64,000 nucleotides of DNA from a virus, in the IMG/VR virus record IMGVR_UViG_3300010399_000039, positions 7,220-71,219 of that record. One strand, written 5' to 3'. Position numbers and translations under genes: made by a program. The notes beneath the pieces are model-generated. The model saw only the letters and a list, made by a program, of their open reading frames with translations. It did not search any database and was not told where the DNA came from. The first letter of the stretch is position 1, and the number at the start of each line of letters is the position of its first letter. Shown here piece after piece: positions 10,108 through 19,633 of the stretch.

Positions 10108-11043
10108 ATGCCAGTCGAAATCAGAGTGCAGTACCCGGAGCTTTACCTCGCAAGCCAGTTGCCGGCGCTCAACAAGCTCACGAACAAGGAATACGACCTG
10201 TTCCCGACTCAGTACACCCGCTACTTCAACGTGATGAGTTCATCCCGCTCGATTGAGCAAGACACCGGCGTTGGTGACATCGGGTTGTTGGTGCAGGTGG
10301 CTGAGAACGGGAAGGTTCAATACGACACCTTGCAGCCGAGCTTTCCGAAGACCTACGTGCATCTCGACTACAACCGCGGATACGCGCTGTCGCATCAGTT
10401 GCAGCGCGACGACAAATTTGGGTTGGCCGATGCGCACGCAAAAGGTCTGGGACGTTCGGGCAGGATCACACCGGAGATCATCACCGCGAGCCACTTCCTG
10501 AACGGGTTCTCGGCGAGCTTCCCCGGACCGGACGGCAAGGCACTGTTTGCTACCGATCACCCGAAAGAGAGCGGCGGAACTCAATCGAACCGGCCTGCGT
10601 CGGGAGTGGACCTTTCGATCTTTGCTCTTGAGCAGGCGATCATCGCAATGCGCGGACTGACCAGCGATAAGGGCAAGCTGTTGATGTTGCCGCCCGAAGA
10701 GTTGATTGTGCCGCCGTCGCTGATGTTTCGCGCGGCTGAAATCCTGCGCGGGACGATGAGAAGCGACACGGCCAACAACACCATCAACGCCTTCCGCTCG
10801 ATCTCCGACATGGGTTCATTCCAGAACTTCAGCGTCTGGGATTACGTCGCGGCTGCGCCTCGCGCGTGGTATCTGACCGCCAAGACCTCGCTGACCGGGT
10901 TGAAGTATTACTGGCGCGAGCGACCGGCGCTGTTGACTCACTTCGAGTTTGAGTCGAGAGCGGCGAAGTCGGCCCTGTGGATGGCGTGCTCGAGCGGATG
11001 GAGCTTCTGGCAAGGAACGTATGGTTCCCCAGGTGGAGCATAG
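10108..11043 (+). CDS. major capsid protein (HK97 fold, Mu gpT-like family)
   Basis: SSRSIEQD, ENGKVQYD, DGKALFATDHP, LIVPPSL...A, NTINA, WRERP; strong AAGGAG RBS. Confidence 0.88.
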   Translation: MPVEIRVQYPELYLASQLPALNKLTNKEYDLFPTQYTRYFNVMSSSRSIEQDTGVGDIGLLVQVAENGKVQYDTLQPSFPKTYVHLDYNRGYALSHQLQRDDKFGLADAHAKGLGRSGRITPEIITASHFLNGFSASFPGPDGKALFATDHPKESGGTQSNRPASGVDLSIFALEQAIIAMRGLTSDKGKLLMLPPEELIVPPSLMFRAAEILRGTMRSDTANNTINAFRSISDMGSFQNFSVWDYVAAAPRAWYLTAKTSLTGLKYYWRERPALLTHFEFESRAAKSALWMACSSGWSFWQGTYGSPGGA

Positions 11044-11070
11044 AAATTTATTGTAACCACTGAGCAATCA

Positions 11071-11125
11071 GCGGTGATTTAGACGAGGTCCGCTTTTCTC
11101 CGGGCCGGGAAAATAGATTCACCGC
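11071..11125 (+). other. intergenic stem-loop after major capsid gene
   Basis: GCGGTGA...TCACCGC encloses TTTTCTCCGG/CCGGGAAAA. Confidence 0.4.
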
Positions 11126-11144
11126 AAAGGATGGAGAAAGCAAA

Positions 11145-12059
11145 ATGGCAATCACAAGCTTCGATCAGGTTCAAGCGAACTCGTTCATCGGCGCAATGCC
11201 GGAAGCGAGCCCGTTCAACAGCGTGCGCTACGTTGACGGAACAAACGGAAGCGACGGAAATCCAGGCACCTCGCCATCTCAGGCGGGTGCGACGCTTGCT
11301 GCGGCCATTGCTAACGGCGCAGCTGGCGACACGATCATCATCGCCAGTGGCACATACACGCTGACGGCATCGCTCGTTCCAAAGGCTCGCCAGGTCTTTA
11401 GAGCCGCAGTTATCAACGGACGAAAGCCTCGGGTAATAATCAAGTCGAGCGCGATCGCAGACTTGATTCAGGTCGATGTCGATAACGTTGAATTCCACGG
11501 CATTGAGTTTCAAGCCGGAGACGACACCTGCGACAATCTGGTTGACTACGCAGATGGCGCAGCGTCCGCCGGACTGACCTTCAACAAGTGCGTCTTCAAC
11601 GGCGCGGACAAGGTAAGCGTCGTCGGCATCAACGACAACGACGCCACGTTCGCCGGGACAAACCTTACAGTTGTCAACTGTCTGTTCCGCGATCTGACCG
11701 GAACCTGCATTAGGATCGGCGTGCTCGGGTTCGCCTATTCCTACATCGGGTACAACCAGTTCGCGCTCGACGTGAACTCAGGTGTTGGAATCTCGCTCGC
11801 GGACACGACTGCGTTTGCAACCGGCAAGGGCTACGTCATCGAACACAACGATGTAACCGGCTTCGACGCCACCGCAGACGAAGTATTCATCACGATTGCG
11901 GGAACCGAAGACACGACCGGAGCGGGAATCATCCGCAACAACTATGGAGCCTATGTCGCGGCCGCGATGATTACGATCGACAAGCTCAGCAAGTCGGAAG
12001 TGAACAACTACTACGGTGATGCGGCGACCGGCGGGACACTTGTTGATCCGGGCACCTAA
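11145..12059 (+). CDS. right-handed beta-helix (pectate-lyase-like) head fibre/decoration protein
   Basis: YVDGTNGSDGNPGTS...TLAAAI...GDTIIIASGTY followed by beta-helix repeats; no signal peptide. Confidence 0.72.
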   Translation: MAITSFDQVQANSFIGAMPEASPFNSVRYVDGTNGSDGNPGTSPSQAGATLAAAIANGAAGDTIIIASGTYTLTASLVPKARQVFRAAVINGRKPRVIIKSSAIADLIQVDVDNVEFHGIEFQAGDDTCDNLVDYADGAASAGLTFNKCVFNGADKVSVVGINDNDATFAGTNLTVVNCLFRDLTGTCIRIGVLGFAYSYIGYNQFALDVNSGVGISLADTTAFATGKGYVIEHNDVTGFDATADEVFITIAGTEDTTGAGIIRNNYGAYVAAAMITIDKLSKSEVNNYYGDAATGGTLVDPGT

Positions 12060-12125
12060 GCCACCGTGGACGTAGCTTGAAAAGTGAAAGACGTTATCCG
12101 TATCGGAGACTAAAGGAGAGCGCTC

Positions 12126-12515
12126 ATGGCCGAAGATAAGCAGACCAACGAAGTTGAACACGCAGCAATCACGAATATCCGAGTTGTCAGCGATGGTGGC
12201 AGCGCGGCCCGTCTCGAATTCGAGCTTGCAGGCGGGGGCAAGGCAGTCGTCTCGGCATCCATGGAGCAGCCACCTCCCAAAGACGAACCTGCGGGCGACG
12301 TCGGCGCCGTCGAACAGAAGGGCAAACTTCCCGATGGCTTCCCCTCGAAGGGGGAACTTGAAGCCGCAGGCATCACGACATTCACGCAGCTTCGCAAAAA
12401 GATCGCGAGCGGAACCGAGGATGCCCCGTGGTATGCGGACATTACCGGAGTTGCCGAGGGCAAGGCAGGAAAGATTGAGGAAGCGCTTGCCGCTGGTTCG
12501 GCCGAAGAAGCCTAA
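12126..12515 (+). CDS. protein with C-terminal helix-hairpin-helix-like domain
   Basis: LPDGFP...LEAAGITTFTQL...ITGVAEGKAGKI. Confidence 0.55.
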   Translation: MAEDKQTNEVEHAAITNIRVVSDGGSAARLEFELAGGGKAVVSASMEQPPPKDEPAGDVGAVEQKGKLPDGFPSKGELEAAGITTFTQLRKKIASGTEDAPWYADITGVAEGKAGKIEEALAAGSAEEA

Positions 12516-12533
12516 CTTTAGCAGAGGAAGTAA

Positions 12534-13457
12534 GTGGGTGAACAATACGGCAAATTCAAAATGGACCTCGCGCAGCTTCCACACGGAAACGGCGTGCATC
12601 CTGATTTGCTCGATCGCTACATCAACAATCGTCTTCAACAAATGTTGTCGTCCTTCCCGTGGACCCGCCTTAGTGTAACTTCCATCCTCCAGGTGCCGGC
12701 CGCATACACGACCGGCACCATTTCTATTCTCAACGGCGCCACCACCGGAGTTCTCACTGGGGGAACTTTCACCGCCGATATGCAGGGCAGGCGCATCAGA
12801 ATTGCGGCTGGTCCTGAGTTCTACGTCTTCAATTTCGTTGACGCGACTAACTTCTCAATCGATCGGGAGTATGAAGGCGACGACGTGACGGATGCCGGGT
12901 TTCGAATCTGGCAAGCGATATTCACGTTGCCAACTCCCGTCGACATCTTTCGCTCGGTTGCGGTGCCGCGGCTCGGAATCGAGCTCGAGCAGAAAAGCAA
13001 AGCCTGGCTGGACGCGCGCGACCCAAGCAGGACCGCTGACACCGGAGGCCCGTTTCTGTTTGTCCCCGCAGACGACTCAGTAGACGGCTTTCCTCAGATA
13101 GAGCTTTATCCGGGAGCGGACACCGCCGAAGGGCTCCCGATTGACTATCGAATGAAGGTCAACCGAATGAGCGACGCAAAGGAAGAGTTCCTTGATTGGA
13201 TTGACACTGAGGTCATCTTCGCTGGGGTTGAAGCGGATCTGTACGCGCTCAAGGGGAACGGCGCGATGAAGCAAATGAAAGAAGCGGAGTTTCAGAACGG
13301 GCTCAAGGGAATGCAGGATCAGGACGTGCAACGAATGTCGGCGGGCGTGCTCCAAATGGACCCGGCGTGGACTCAGCATCGAATCGAGCGAGCGGCTGGC
13401 GGTGCGGGTAAATCGGCTTCGTGGAATCAAAATAGCCGATGGGGAGGCTTGGACTAA
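12534..13457 (+). CDS. head-tail adaptor-like protein with beta-rich insertion
   Basis: YINNRLQQM..FPW helical start, YTTGTISI insert, IELYP.AD and helical C-terminus. Confidence 0.62.
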   Translation: MGEQYGKFKMDLAQLPHGNGVHPDLLDRYINNRLQQMLSSFPWTRLSVTSILQVPAAYTTGTISILNGATTGVLTGGTFTADMQGRRIRIAAGPEFYVFNFVDATNFSIDREYEGDDVTDAGFRIWQAIFTLPTPVDIFRSVAVPRLGIELEQKSKAWLDARDPSRTADTGGPFLFVPADDSVDGFPQIELYPGADTAEGLPIDYRMKVNRMSDAKEEFLDWIDTEVIFAGVEADLYALKGNGAMKQMKEAEFQNGLKGMQDQDVQRMSAGVLQMDPAWTQHRIERAAGGAGKSASWNQNSRWGGLD

Positions 13458-13786
13458 TGAGAAACGAAGCGCTCTATTCCGTCGATGAATGCCTCATCGC
13501 CAACGGCGGCACGGTTAGCGACGCGATCAGCTTCCAACCTTTCGCGCAAGGCGGATTCGTTCTGCCAGCGGCATTCACCGGAACCGCCGTGAGCTTTCAG
13601 GTGAGTGCTGATGGAGTGACCTACGTTGCTCTGTATGACGCTACGAACACGCTTGTCTCCATCGCCGTGACACAGGGGCGAGGCTATGCATTCCCAATCG
13701 CTCTGTTCGCCTTTGGGTTTGTGAAGATCGTCTCGAACGGCGCAGAAGGCGGCGCGCGAACGATTCAACTCGGCCTGAAATACTAA
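13457..13786 (+). CDS. virion structural jelly-roll-like protein
   Basis: LPAAFTGTAVSFQVSADGVTY motif common in phage virion proteins; TAATG coupling. Confidence 0.62.
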   Translation: MRNEALYSVDECLIANGGTVSDAISFQPFAQGGFVLPAAFTGTAVSFQVSADGVTYVALYDATNTLVSIAVTQGRGYAFPIALFAFGFVKIVSNGAEGGARTIQLGLKY

Positions 13787-13790
13787 CGCG

Positions 13791-13925
13791 ATGAATCCTT
13801 GGGAACTGATCACGATGTTTCAAGATGCAGAAGGTAGCGCAGCGCCACCGTCAGGCACTCCGCTAGTGACCGAAGACGGCACGGCGTTAGTCAGCGAGGA
13901 CGGGACACCCCTAGTAACTGAGTGA
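13791..13925 (+). CDS. 44-aa peptide with LxTEDG repeats
   Basis: Not in ORF track. MNPWELITMFQDAEGSAAPPSGTPLVTEDGTALVSEDGTPLVTE. Confidence 0.65.
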   Translation: MNPWELITMFQDAEGSAAPPSGTPLVTEDGTALVSEDGTPLVTE

Positions 13926-13930
13926 AAGCC

Positions 13931-16900
13931 ATGATGAGCAATAGAAAACTTCGGATTGCCGCCGCGATTATAGCGTGTCTTGCTTTCTGGTCCTTGTGCG
14001 CGTTCGTGGCCGCACAAGTCAAAGTCTCAGCTTTACCGGCCGCAACAGCGGTCACGACTGACGACCTTTTGCTGATAGTGGACGATCCAGCCGGCACAGC
14101 GGCTTCGAAGAAGATCACCGTCGCGAATTTTAAGACATCGATCTTCGCGAGTCCGACTCTGGTCACGCCGACATTGGGAGTGGCGACAGCGACCTCAATC
14201 AATAAAGTGGCCTTCACTGCGCCCGCTACATCCGCAACACTCACCTTGATCAACGGCACGACCGTCACCGGCCCTTCCGCAACTACAACGCTGCCCGGCC
14301 TCTCCCTTGGAAACCTATTCACGACGGGGCAAGCCGTTCAACCTATAACGGACGTGATTTCACTGACAGTCAGACGGAATGGCGCATCGCAGACCTCGAA
14401 CGTCGTCGAGTTCCAGACTGAAGGGAACGCGCTGCTCGCGGGCGTCGATAAGACTGGCGCTATCTTCGCTCCTAAGTTCGGGGTGAACGGGTCGAATCTG
14501 AATACGGTGCCGACCGTCAACGGCGATATCTTTGCTCTGTTGGCAGCAACACAGACCTTCACTAACAAGACTTACGACACTGCTGGAACTGGGAATGTCT
14601 TCAAAATCAACGGGAGCCAGTTCACAAGCATCGGCAGTGGGTTGGATTTAACGGCGGGCGTACTGACCGCGCCTGGCGGTGGTGGTGGGTCGGGCACGGT
14701 TAATTCAGGAACTCAGTATCGGCTTGCCTACTACGCAACGACCGGAACGGCGGTCAGTGGTAATTCGGGCATCGTCACGAACGCCAACAACGATCTGCTA
14801 TTGAGCAATAATCTCTCGCTCGGGTCGTTGACCAACGAAGGACAGGGAATCTATCTCGCATCGTGTTTCACCAACACATCGGCGCTGTATCTGGTCGCCT
14901 CAAACGACGGCAAAACTTTCAACTTCTTAAACAGCAATGATCCGACGACGGGCGCGGTCTATACGCCGGTCAGTCCCTCGATTGTGCGTGATCCTTCAAT
15001 TATGAAAAGCGGCAACCTGTATTGGGTTGCCCATACGAACAACTTTGGCGGTACGACCTTCGACGTGATCAGTTCTCCCGACCTCTCCAACTGGACGCTC
15101 GTTCAGAGCGTTGATATGTCGGCAGTGACGGGTGTCAATCGGGTCTACGCGCCTGAGTGGTTTGTAGATACCGATGCCTCGATCCACATTTTTGTAACAA
15201 CCAGCATTGACACTGGGGTTTCATATCAAATCTACGAGGTTCATCCGACTAATGCCGCGATGACAACTTGGAGCACCCCGGTTGCCATAACCGGCAGCGG
15301 AGTTCCGGTCAGCGCAATCGATCCGTTCGTTATCAAGATCGGTGCGAACTATCTGCTTTGGTTGAGCAATCAACCTACTGACTCGTTCATCGAGGTCTTG
15401 ACCTCAACCAGCTTGACCAGCGGCTACACCGCGCTCCATACGGGCGATTGGAATTCGTGGGGCAACACGATTGAGGGGCCGAACATCGTTCAGACCGGAA
15501 CGAACTCTTATCGACTCTACGTTGATCACTTCCCCTCGCTCGGAATCAAGTATGCTGACTCAACCGATGGCGGCGTGACATGGAGCGCCCTATCAGCCAT
15601 CACCGTTCCCGGCGTGATTGTTCATCCGACCGTCATCAGAATCAGGGACATTGACGCACTGCGAAACATGACTGGCCTGTTCATGGCCCGGAATGCAAGT
15701 GTCAACGGTCCCTTTACGGCTTCAGCGGTCACAACTACGAACGGCTCAGTTGTTTCGGCTTCGCACGTTATCTCAGGAGCGAACCTTTATCTCGGAACTG
15801 GGGCCGATGCTTACCTGATACTTGGTGCTACTTCAACAGACACAATCATTGGCCGGGCGGCGGCGGATAATTTCAGGCTTGGAAAGCTCGCAGCGAATCC
15901 TCCGATTGCTCAGACATTGAGCATGCAGAACGCCAGCGGAACCAACATCGCGGGCGCGGACTTTACGCTTGACGCTTCGCAGGGAACAGGAACGGGTGCG
16001 GGTGGATCGCTGATCCTCAAGGTTGCCCCGGCAGGCTCTACCGGCTCATCATTGAACGCGCTAGCGGCAGCTTTCACAATTCTTTCAACCAAGAAGGCTA
16101 CGTTCGCAGACGATCTAACCGTGAGCGGACTGCTCAAGACGGGTTCAGGGCCAACTACGCTGACCGACTCGGCGGGCAAGATTCTTTCGGCTGCGTTGAA
16201 TACCGTAGGGGTAGCACAGGGCGGGACAAGCCAAACTAGCTTCACTAAGGGCGACATCCTCGCGGCGGCAGGCTCTACTACGCTGAACAAACTCGCAGTT
16301 GGAACAGACGGACAAGTGCTGACCGCTGACGCCGCCTCAACCAATGGAGTGAAGTGGGCTACTGCATCGGGTGGTGGTTCTGGAACGGTCAATAGCGGCA
16401 CTCAGTATCGAGTGGCTTACTACGCGACCACGGGCACTGCGGTCAGCGGAAATGGTTCATTGGTCACGGACGCGAGCGATAACTGGACCCTCTCCAACAA
16501 GCTCGGCGTCGGCATAGCCCCATCGACTAATCGAGCAATGACGCTGATGGATATGTCAGGCGGGGCCACGTACTTCCAGTTCAAACAGGCCAGCACTGCC
16601 GAAACGACCATCGGCGTGGAGAGCAGTTCAAAGCAATTCCTGATCTTCAAAGAAAGCAACAGCACCTACATGTTCATGATCGATCCCGCTAACAACGTGA
16701 AAATAGCGGGAACCGCCGCTCGCGCGACAACCGAAGGAACTAACACGCTGGATATTTTCGATGGAACGGCCCCGGTCGGCACGCTGGCTAACGGCATCTC
16801 GCTCTATTCAACCTCTGGTGAGTTACGGGTAATGGACGCAGCCGGGAACGCAACGTTGCTCTCACCCCATGACCTTACTTCAAACGAATGGATATTTCTG

Positions 16901-17017
16901 AGCAAGAACACCGTCACCGGCAAGGTTCTCCGCATCGACATGGAGCGGCTGATGAAAGCCATCGACGCGAAACTTGGTGGCGGGTTCGTTCGGGAATACG
17001 TCGAAAAAGTACAGTAA
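13931..17017 (+). CDS. tail fibre/spike with internal GH43 beta-propeller and apparent signal peptide
   Basis: N-terminus MMSNRKLRIAAAIIACLAFWSLCAFVAA|Q; KVSALPAAT...SKKITV fibre domain; GH43 motifs RDP, YAPE, IDP, EGP; fibre repeat GTDGQVLTAD...GVKWA. Confidence 0.82.
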   Translation: MMSNRKLRIAAAIIACLAFWSLCAFVAAQVKVSALPAATAVTTDDLLLIVDDPAGTAASKKITVANFKTSIFASPTLVTPTLGVATATSINKVAFTAPATSATLTLINGTTVTGPSATTTLPGLSLGNLFTTGQAVQPITDVISLTVRRNGASQTSNVVEFQTEGNALLAGVDKTGAIFAPKFGVNGSNLNTVPTVNGDIFALLAATQTFTNKTYDTAGTGNVFKINGSQFTSIGSGLDLTAGVLTAPGGGGGSGTVNSGTQYRLAYYATTGTAVSGNSGIVTNANNDLLLSNNLSLGSLTNEGQGIYLASCFTNTSALYLVASNDGKTFNFLNSNDPTTGAVYTPVSPSIVRDPSIMKSGNLYWVAHTNNFGGTTFDVISSPDLSNWTLVQSVDMSAVTGVNRVYAPEWFVDTDASIHIFVTTSIDTGVSYQIYEVHPTNAAMTTWSTPVAITGSGVPVSAIDPFVIKIGANYLLWLSNQPTDSFIEVLTSTSLTSGYTALHTGDWNSWGNTIEGPNIVQTGTNSYRLYVDHFPSLGIKYADSTDGGVTWSALSAITVPGVIVHPTVIRIRDIDALRNMTGLFMARNASVNGPFTASAVTTTNGSVVSASHVISGANLYLGTGADAYLILGATSTDTIIGRAAADNFRLGKLAANPPIAQTLSMQNASGTNIAGADFTLDASQGTGTGAGGSLILKVAPAGSTGSSLNALAAAFTILSTKKATFADDLTVSGLLKTGSGPTTLTDSAGKILSAALNTVGVAQGGTSQTSFTKGDILAAAGSTTLNKLAVGTDGQVLTADAASTNGVKWATASGGGSGTVNSGTQYRVAYYATTGTAVSGNGSLVTDASDNWTLSNKLGVGIAPSTNRAMTLMDMSGGATYFQFKQASTAETTIGVESSSKQFLIFKESNSTYMFMIDPANNVKIAGTAARATTEGTNTLDIFDGTAPVGTLANGISLYSTSGELRVMDAAGNATLLSPHDLTSNEWIFLSKNTVTGKVLRIDMERLMKAIDAKLGGGFVREYVEKVQ
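14681..16453 (+). repeat. duplicated 28-aa linker in fibre (about 14681-14764 and 16370-16453)
   Basis: GGGSGTVNSGTQYR[L/V]AYYATTGTAVSGN occurs twice, with many synonymous differences. Confidence 0.9.
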
Positions 17018-17538
17018 TGAGAAAAGCCTTACTGACAATTACTGTGCTCTTGATCGCGCTTGGCGGCTACTTCGTCGCCCATTCTCAGATCGCGTCTCAT
17101 GCATCTTTTCGTGGGGAGACTTGCTTTCTCGCCGCGGATCAGACGGTCAGCAGCACGACTCTCGCCAGTCTCACCGGCTGCTCTCGCACCTTCTACAGTG
17201 GGCATAAGTATGCGGGAATGGTCGTTCTGTTGGTGTCGGATTCAGTTGCGGCCGAAGGCGTCAAGCTGGACTTCAACGGCGGCTCTGCAACGGTCACGAA
17301 CTTCCGCGCCCACGCGGACGGTCTCGATTCAGCGCTGACGATCAATACGCAAGTCACGGCTATCTCGACCGCGATCACAGCGGCGACCTTCACGGGCTCA
17401 GGGCGAATAACGGTGTACTTCACCTTTGAGCCGAGTGCGGACGGAACGCTGATTCCACGAGTGGCCCAGAATTCACACGTGACAGGCACGCTGACGGTGT
17501 TCAGGGGCAGTTATATGACGGCGGTCGAATGCTTATGA
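17017..17538 (+). CDS. fibre-tip-like beta-sandwich protein with apparent signal peptide
   Basis: MRKALLTITVLLIALGGYFVAHS|Q; C-terminal GTLIPRVAQN...TLTVFRGSY resembles fibre tip domains; TAATG coupling. Confidence 0.7.
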   Translation: MRKALLTITVLLIALGGYFVAHSQIASHASFRGETCFLAADQTVSSTTLASLTGCSRTFYSGHKYAGMVVLLVSDSVAAEGVKLDFNGGSATVTNFRAHADGLDSALTINTQVTAISTAITAATFTGSGRITVYFTFEPSADGTLIPRVAQNSHVTGTLTVFRGSYMTAVECL

Positions 17539-18965
17539 AACGACTCGCTCTATCTACTATCCTCGTTTTGATTCTTCTCCTGTCTGCATCCGCGCAGACG
17601 CCGCAGAATACCAAACGGGTCATCGTCTCGGGCTTGCCGGCCGCCGCCGACAATACAGGAAAGACCTATGTCGTGACCGATTCTTCGACGACCTCGGACT
17701 GTACGGTTGGCGGTGGCTCGCTAAAGGTTCGATGCACGAGCGATGGCACGAATTGGGTCAGCGATACAGCCGACTATGTGCCAAAGACTTTGCAGGTTGC
17801 ATCGAACGCACTCAACGGCGACATCAGCACGGCGACGTTGAAAAGCTCGCTGTCGCTGAATAATGTAGATAACACCGCCGACACCGCAAAGCCCGTCAGT
17901 ACCGCTCAACAGACAGCACTTGACCTGAAGGCCAATCTTGCGGGACCAACCTTCACGGGCACGCCCACACTCCCAACCGGCACGATTACATCGGGTAGTT
18001 TTCTGACGACCGCGATCACGGCTCCCGGTACTCCCGCTGCGGGCAAAGGATCAATCTACGTCGATTCGACCAGCAAGAACCTCTCAGTCAAAGATGATGC
18101 CGGGGTAGTTAAGCATGGCGTCCGCACAAAGGCGGCAGTCTCTAATAGCTTTGTCACGGCGATTGATGATGACGGAACGGTAACGGTTGTCCAGCCCGCC
18201 TTCTCGAATCTCTCGGGCACGGCAACCGCCGCGCAGATTCCCGCCGCGCTCAGTAGTACAACCTCCGTCAATGCAACTACGATTCCGGCCAGCAAAACCT
18301 TGATGGCAACGGACACTTCCGTGCTGGCCGCACAGATGCCCGCGCTTACTGGGGACGTGACGACTTCGGCGGGCGCGGTAGCAACAACAATCGCCAACAG
18401 CGCCGTTACTCGAGGCAAAGCCGACAGCACGGTCAACGGCATCGGTGTAGTCTCGACGGTCTCAGTGAACGGAGTCGCCGCTACCGACACTCAGCTACTT
18501 GAAGTCACGCTTCCAGCGGCTTACCTGAATCGCTCGTCGGCGGTCCTGGACATCAAAGCAAGCGGCACCTGGACCACCGGCACGACCCAGACCCCAACGC
18601 AAACTTTCAAGGTCAAACTCTGCACAGTGTCGGGCTGTGGCTCAGGTACGGTACTGACACTCGTGAGTTGGACGAGCGCGGCGGCGACGGCCAGCACGAC
18701 CCAAACGTGGCTAACAATCTCAACGCTCGGCACCGTAACGACAGGGTCGAGCGGAACCGTGATAGCCCACGGCTTCGCCGACCTTCCGGTGGGCGCATCG
18801 GCCAACACCGCATTCGCGGGTTTCCACGATGTCAACACGGCGGCAAGTTCCGGCATCGACCTGACGGCACAGTTGTTCTTGAATCTCATGTGGAACGTCA
18901 GCACTCAGAGCGGAACAAAGAACAGTGCGATAGGCCACATGCTCAGCATTAAATCGAGGGACTGA
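17535..18965 (+). CDS. tail-fibre-like protein with apparent signal peptide
   Basis: MKRLALSTILVLILLLSASA|Q; LNNVDNTADTAKPVSTAQQTALDLKANLAGPTFTGTP and LTGDVT..AG..ATTIAN fibre motifs. Confidence 0.8.
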   Translation: MKRLALSTILVLILLLSASAQTPQNTKRVIVSGLPAAADNTGKTYVVTDSSTTSDCTVGGGSLKVRCTSDGTNWVSDTADYVPKTLQVASNALNGDISTATLKSSLSLNNVDNTADTAKPVSTAQQTALDLKANLAGPTFTGTPTLPTGTITSGSFLTTAITAPGTPAAGKGSIYVDSTSKNLSVKDDAGVVKHGVRTKAAVSNSFVTAIDDDGTVTVVQPAFSNLSGTATAAQIPAALSSTTSVNATTIPASKTLMATDTSVLAAQMPALTGDVTTSAGAVATTIANSAVTRGKADSTVNGIGVVSTVSVNGVAATDTQLLEVTLPAAYLNRSSAVLDIKASGTWTTGTTQTPTQTFKVKLCTVSGCGSGTVLTLVSWTSAAATASTTQTWLTISTLGTVTTGSSGTVIAHGFADLPVGASANTAFAGFHDVNTAASSGIDLTAQLFLNLMWNVSTQSGTKNSAIGHMLSIKSRD

Positions 18966-19165
18966 TGAAAACACGACTAATACTCATCGCTGTCTTAAGC
19001 CTGCTTGTTCTGACTGCGGCATTCAGACCGGTCCCAACCTGCGAGAGCAGATGTGAGATACTCTACAACGGATGTTTGGCGGGCTATCCCTCGAGCGTCT
19101 GTGAGAACTCATACTGCAACTGCATGCTGCGTTGCACGTCAGAGCCCAATTGCGTACTGCCTTAA
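18965..19165 (+). CDS. secreted Cys-rich peptide (8 Cys)
   Basis: Signal peptide MKTRLILIAVLSLLVLTAA followed by CxxxC-type spacing; TGATG coupling. Confidence 0.65.
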   Translation: MKTRLILIAVLSLLVLTAAFRPVPTCESRCEILYNGCLAGYPSSVCENSYCNCMLRCTSEPNCVLP

Positions 19166-19188
19166 ACGCAAAAAGGGAAAGCAGAAGC

Positions 19189-19611
19189 ATGGATAAAAGC
19201 GTCTGTAAACAGCGGTCCACTTATGATTGTATGCTCGCCTGCGTCGCGATGGCGGTGCAGAAGCCCTATGACGACTTGTGGCCCGAAGAATTTAGAAAGA
19301 AAGTAGAGGACGCGCATGGCACGCATGGTGCAGTCTGCCGGGAAGCCCTTGAGATTGCTGGTCTCAGTATTGATAAGGACTATTGGATTGTCCGATTGCC
19401 AATGGAATGGGCGGCTCATAGTAGTCTCCGACAGCTTCTAAACGGCCGCCGTGCCTTGTTGCAGGTTCCCTCGTTAAACAATTTTGGTGAACAGCACATT
19501 GTGTTTTGGTCAGGCGCAACTTTGCACGACCCGAGCAACAAACAAATCTACAAATGGATTGAGCAGTGCTCAATTCAGAATGTATGGATTTTCAAGGAGA
19601 TGGAGAGTTGA
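19189..19611 (+). CDS. C39-like papain-fold peptidase
   Basis: Q-x5-C in KQRSTYDCMLACVAM, H in QHIVFW, D in HDPS. Confidence 0.65.
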   Translation: MDKSVCKQRSTYDCMLACVAMAVQKPYDDLWPEEFRKKVEDAHGTHGAVCREALEIAGLSIDKDYWIVRLPMEWAAHSSLRQLLNGRRALLQVPSLNNFGEQHIVFWSGATLHDPSNKQIYKWIEQCSIQNVWIFKEMES

Positions 19612-19633
19612 ATAATTCTCCTAAGGGGATTTT

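Noticed and set aside
14681-16453. Possible DGR template/variable repeat pair
   Set aside because: Differences are synonymous and not adenine-specific, both copies are in one ORF, and no reverse transcriptase is in the window.
16888-17016. Longer upstream starts in the ORF track (16888, 4526, 19132, 25193, 34813, 59629)
   Set aside because: They overlap upstream genes or promoters; the downstream coupled or SD-supported ATGs fit better.
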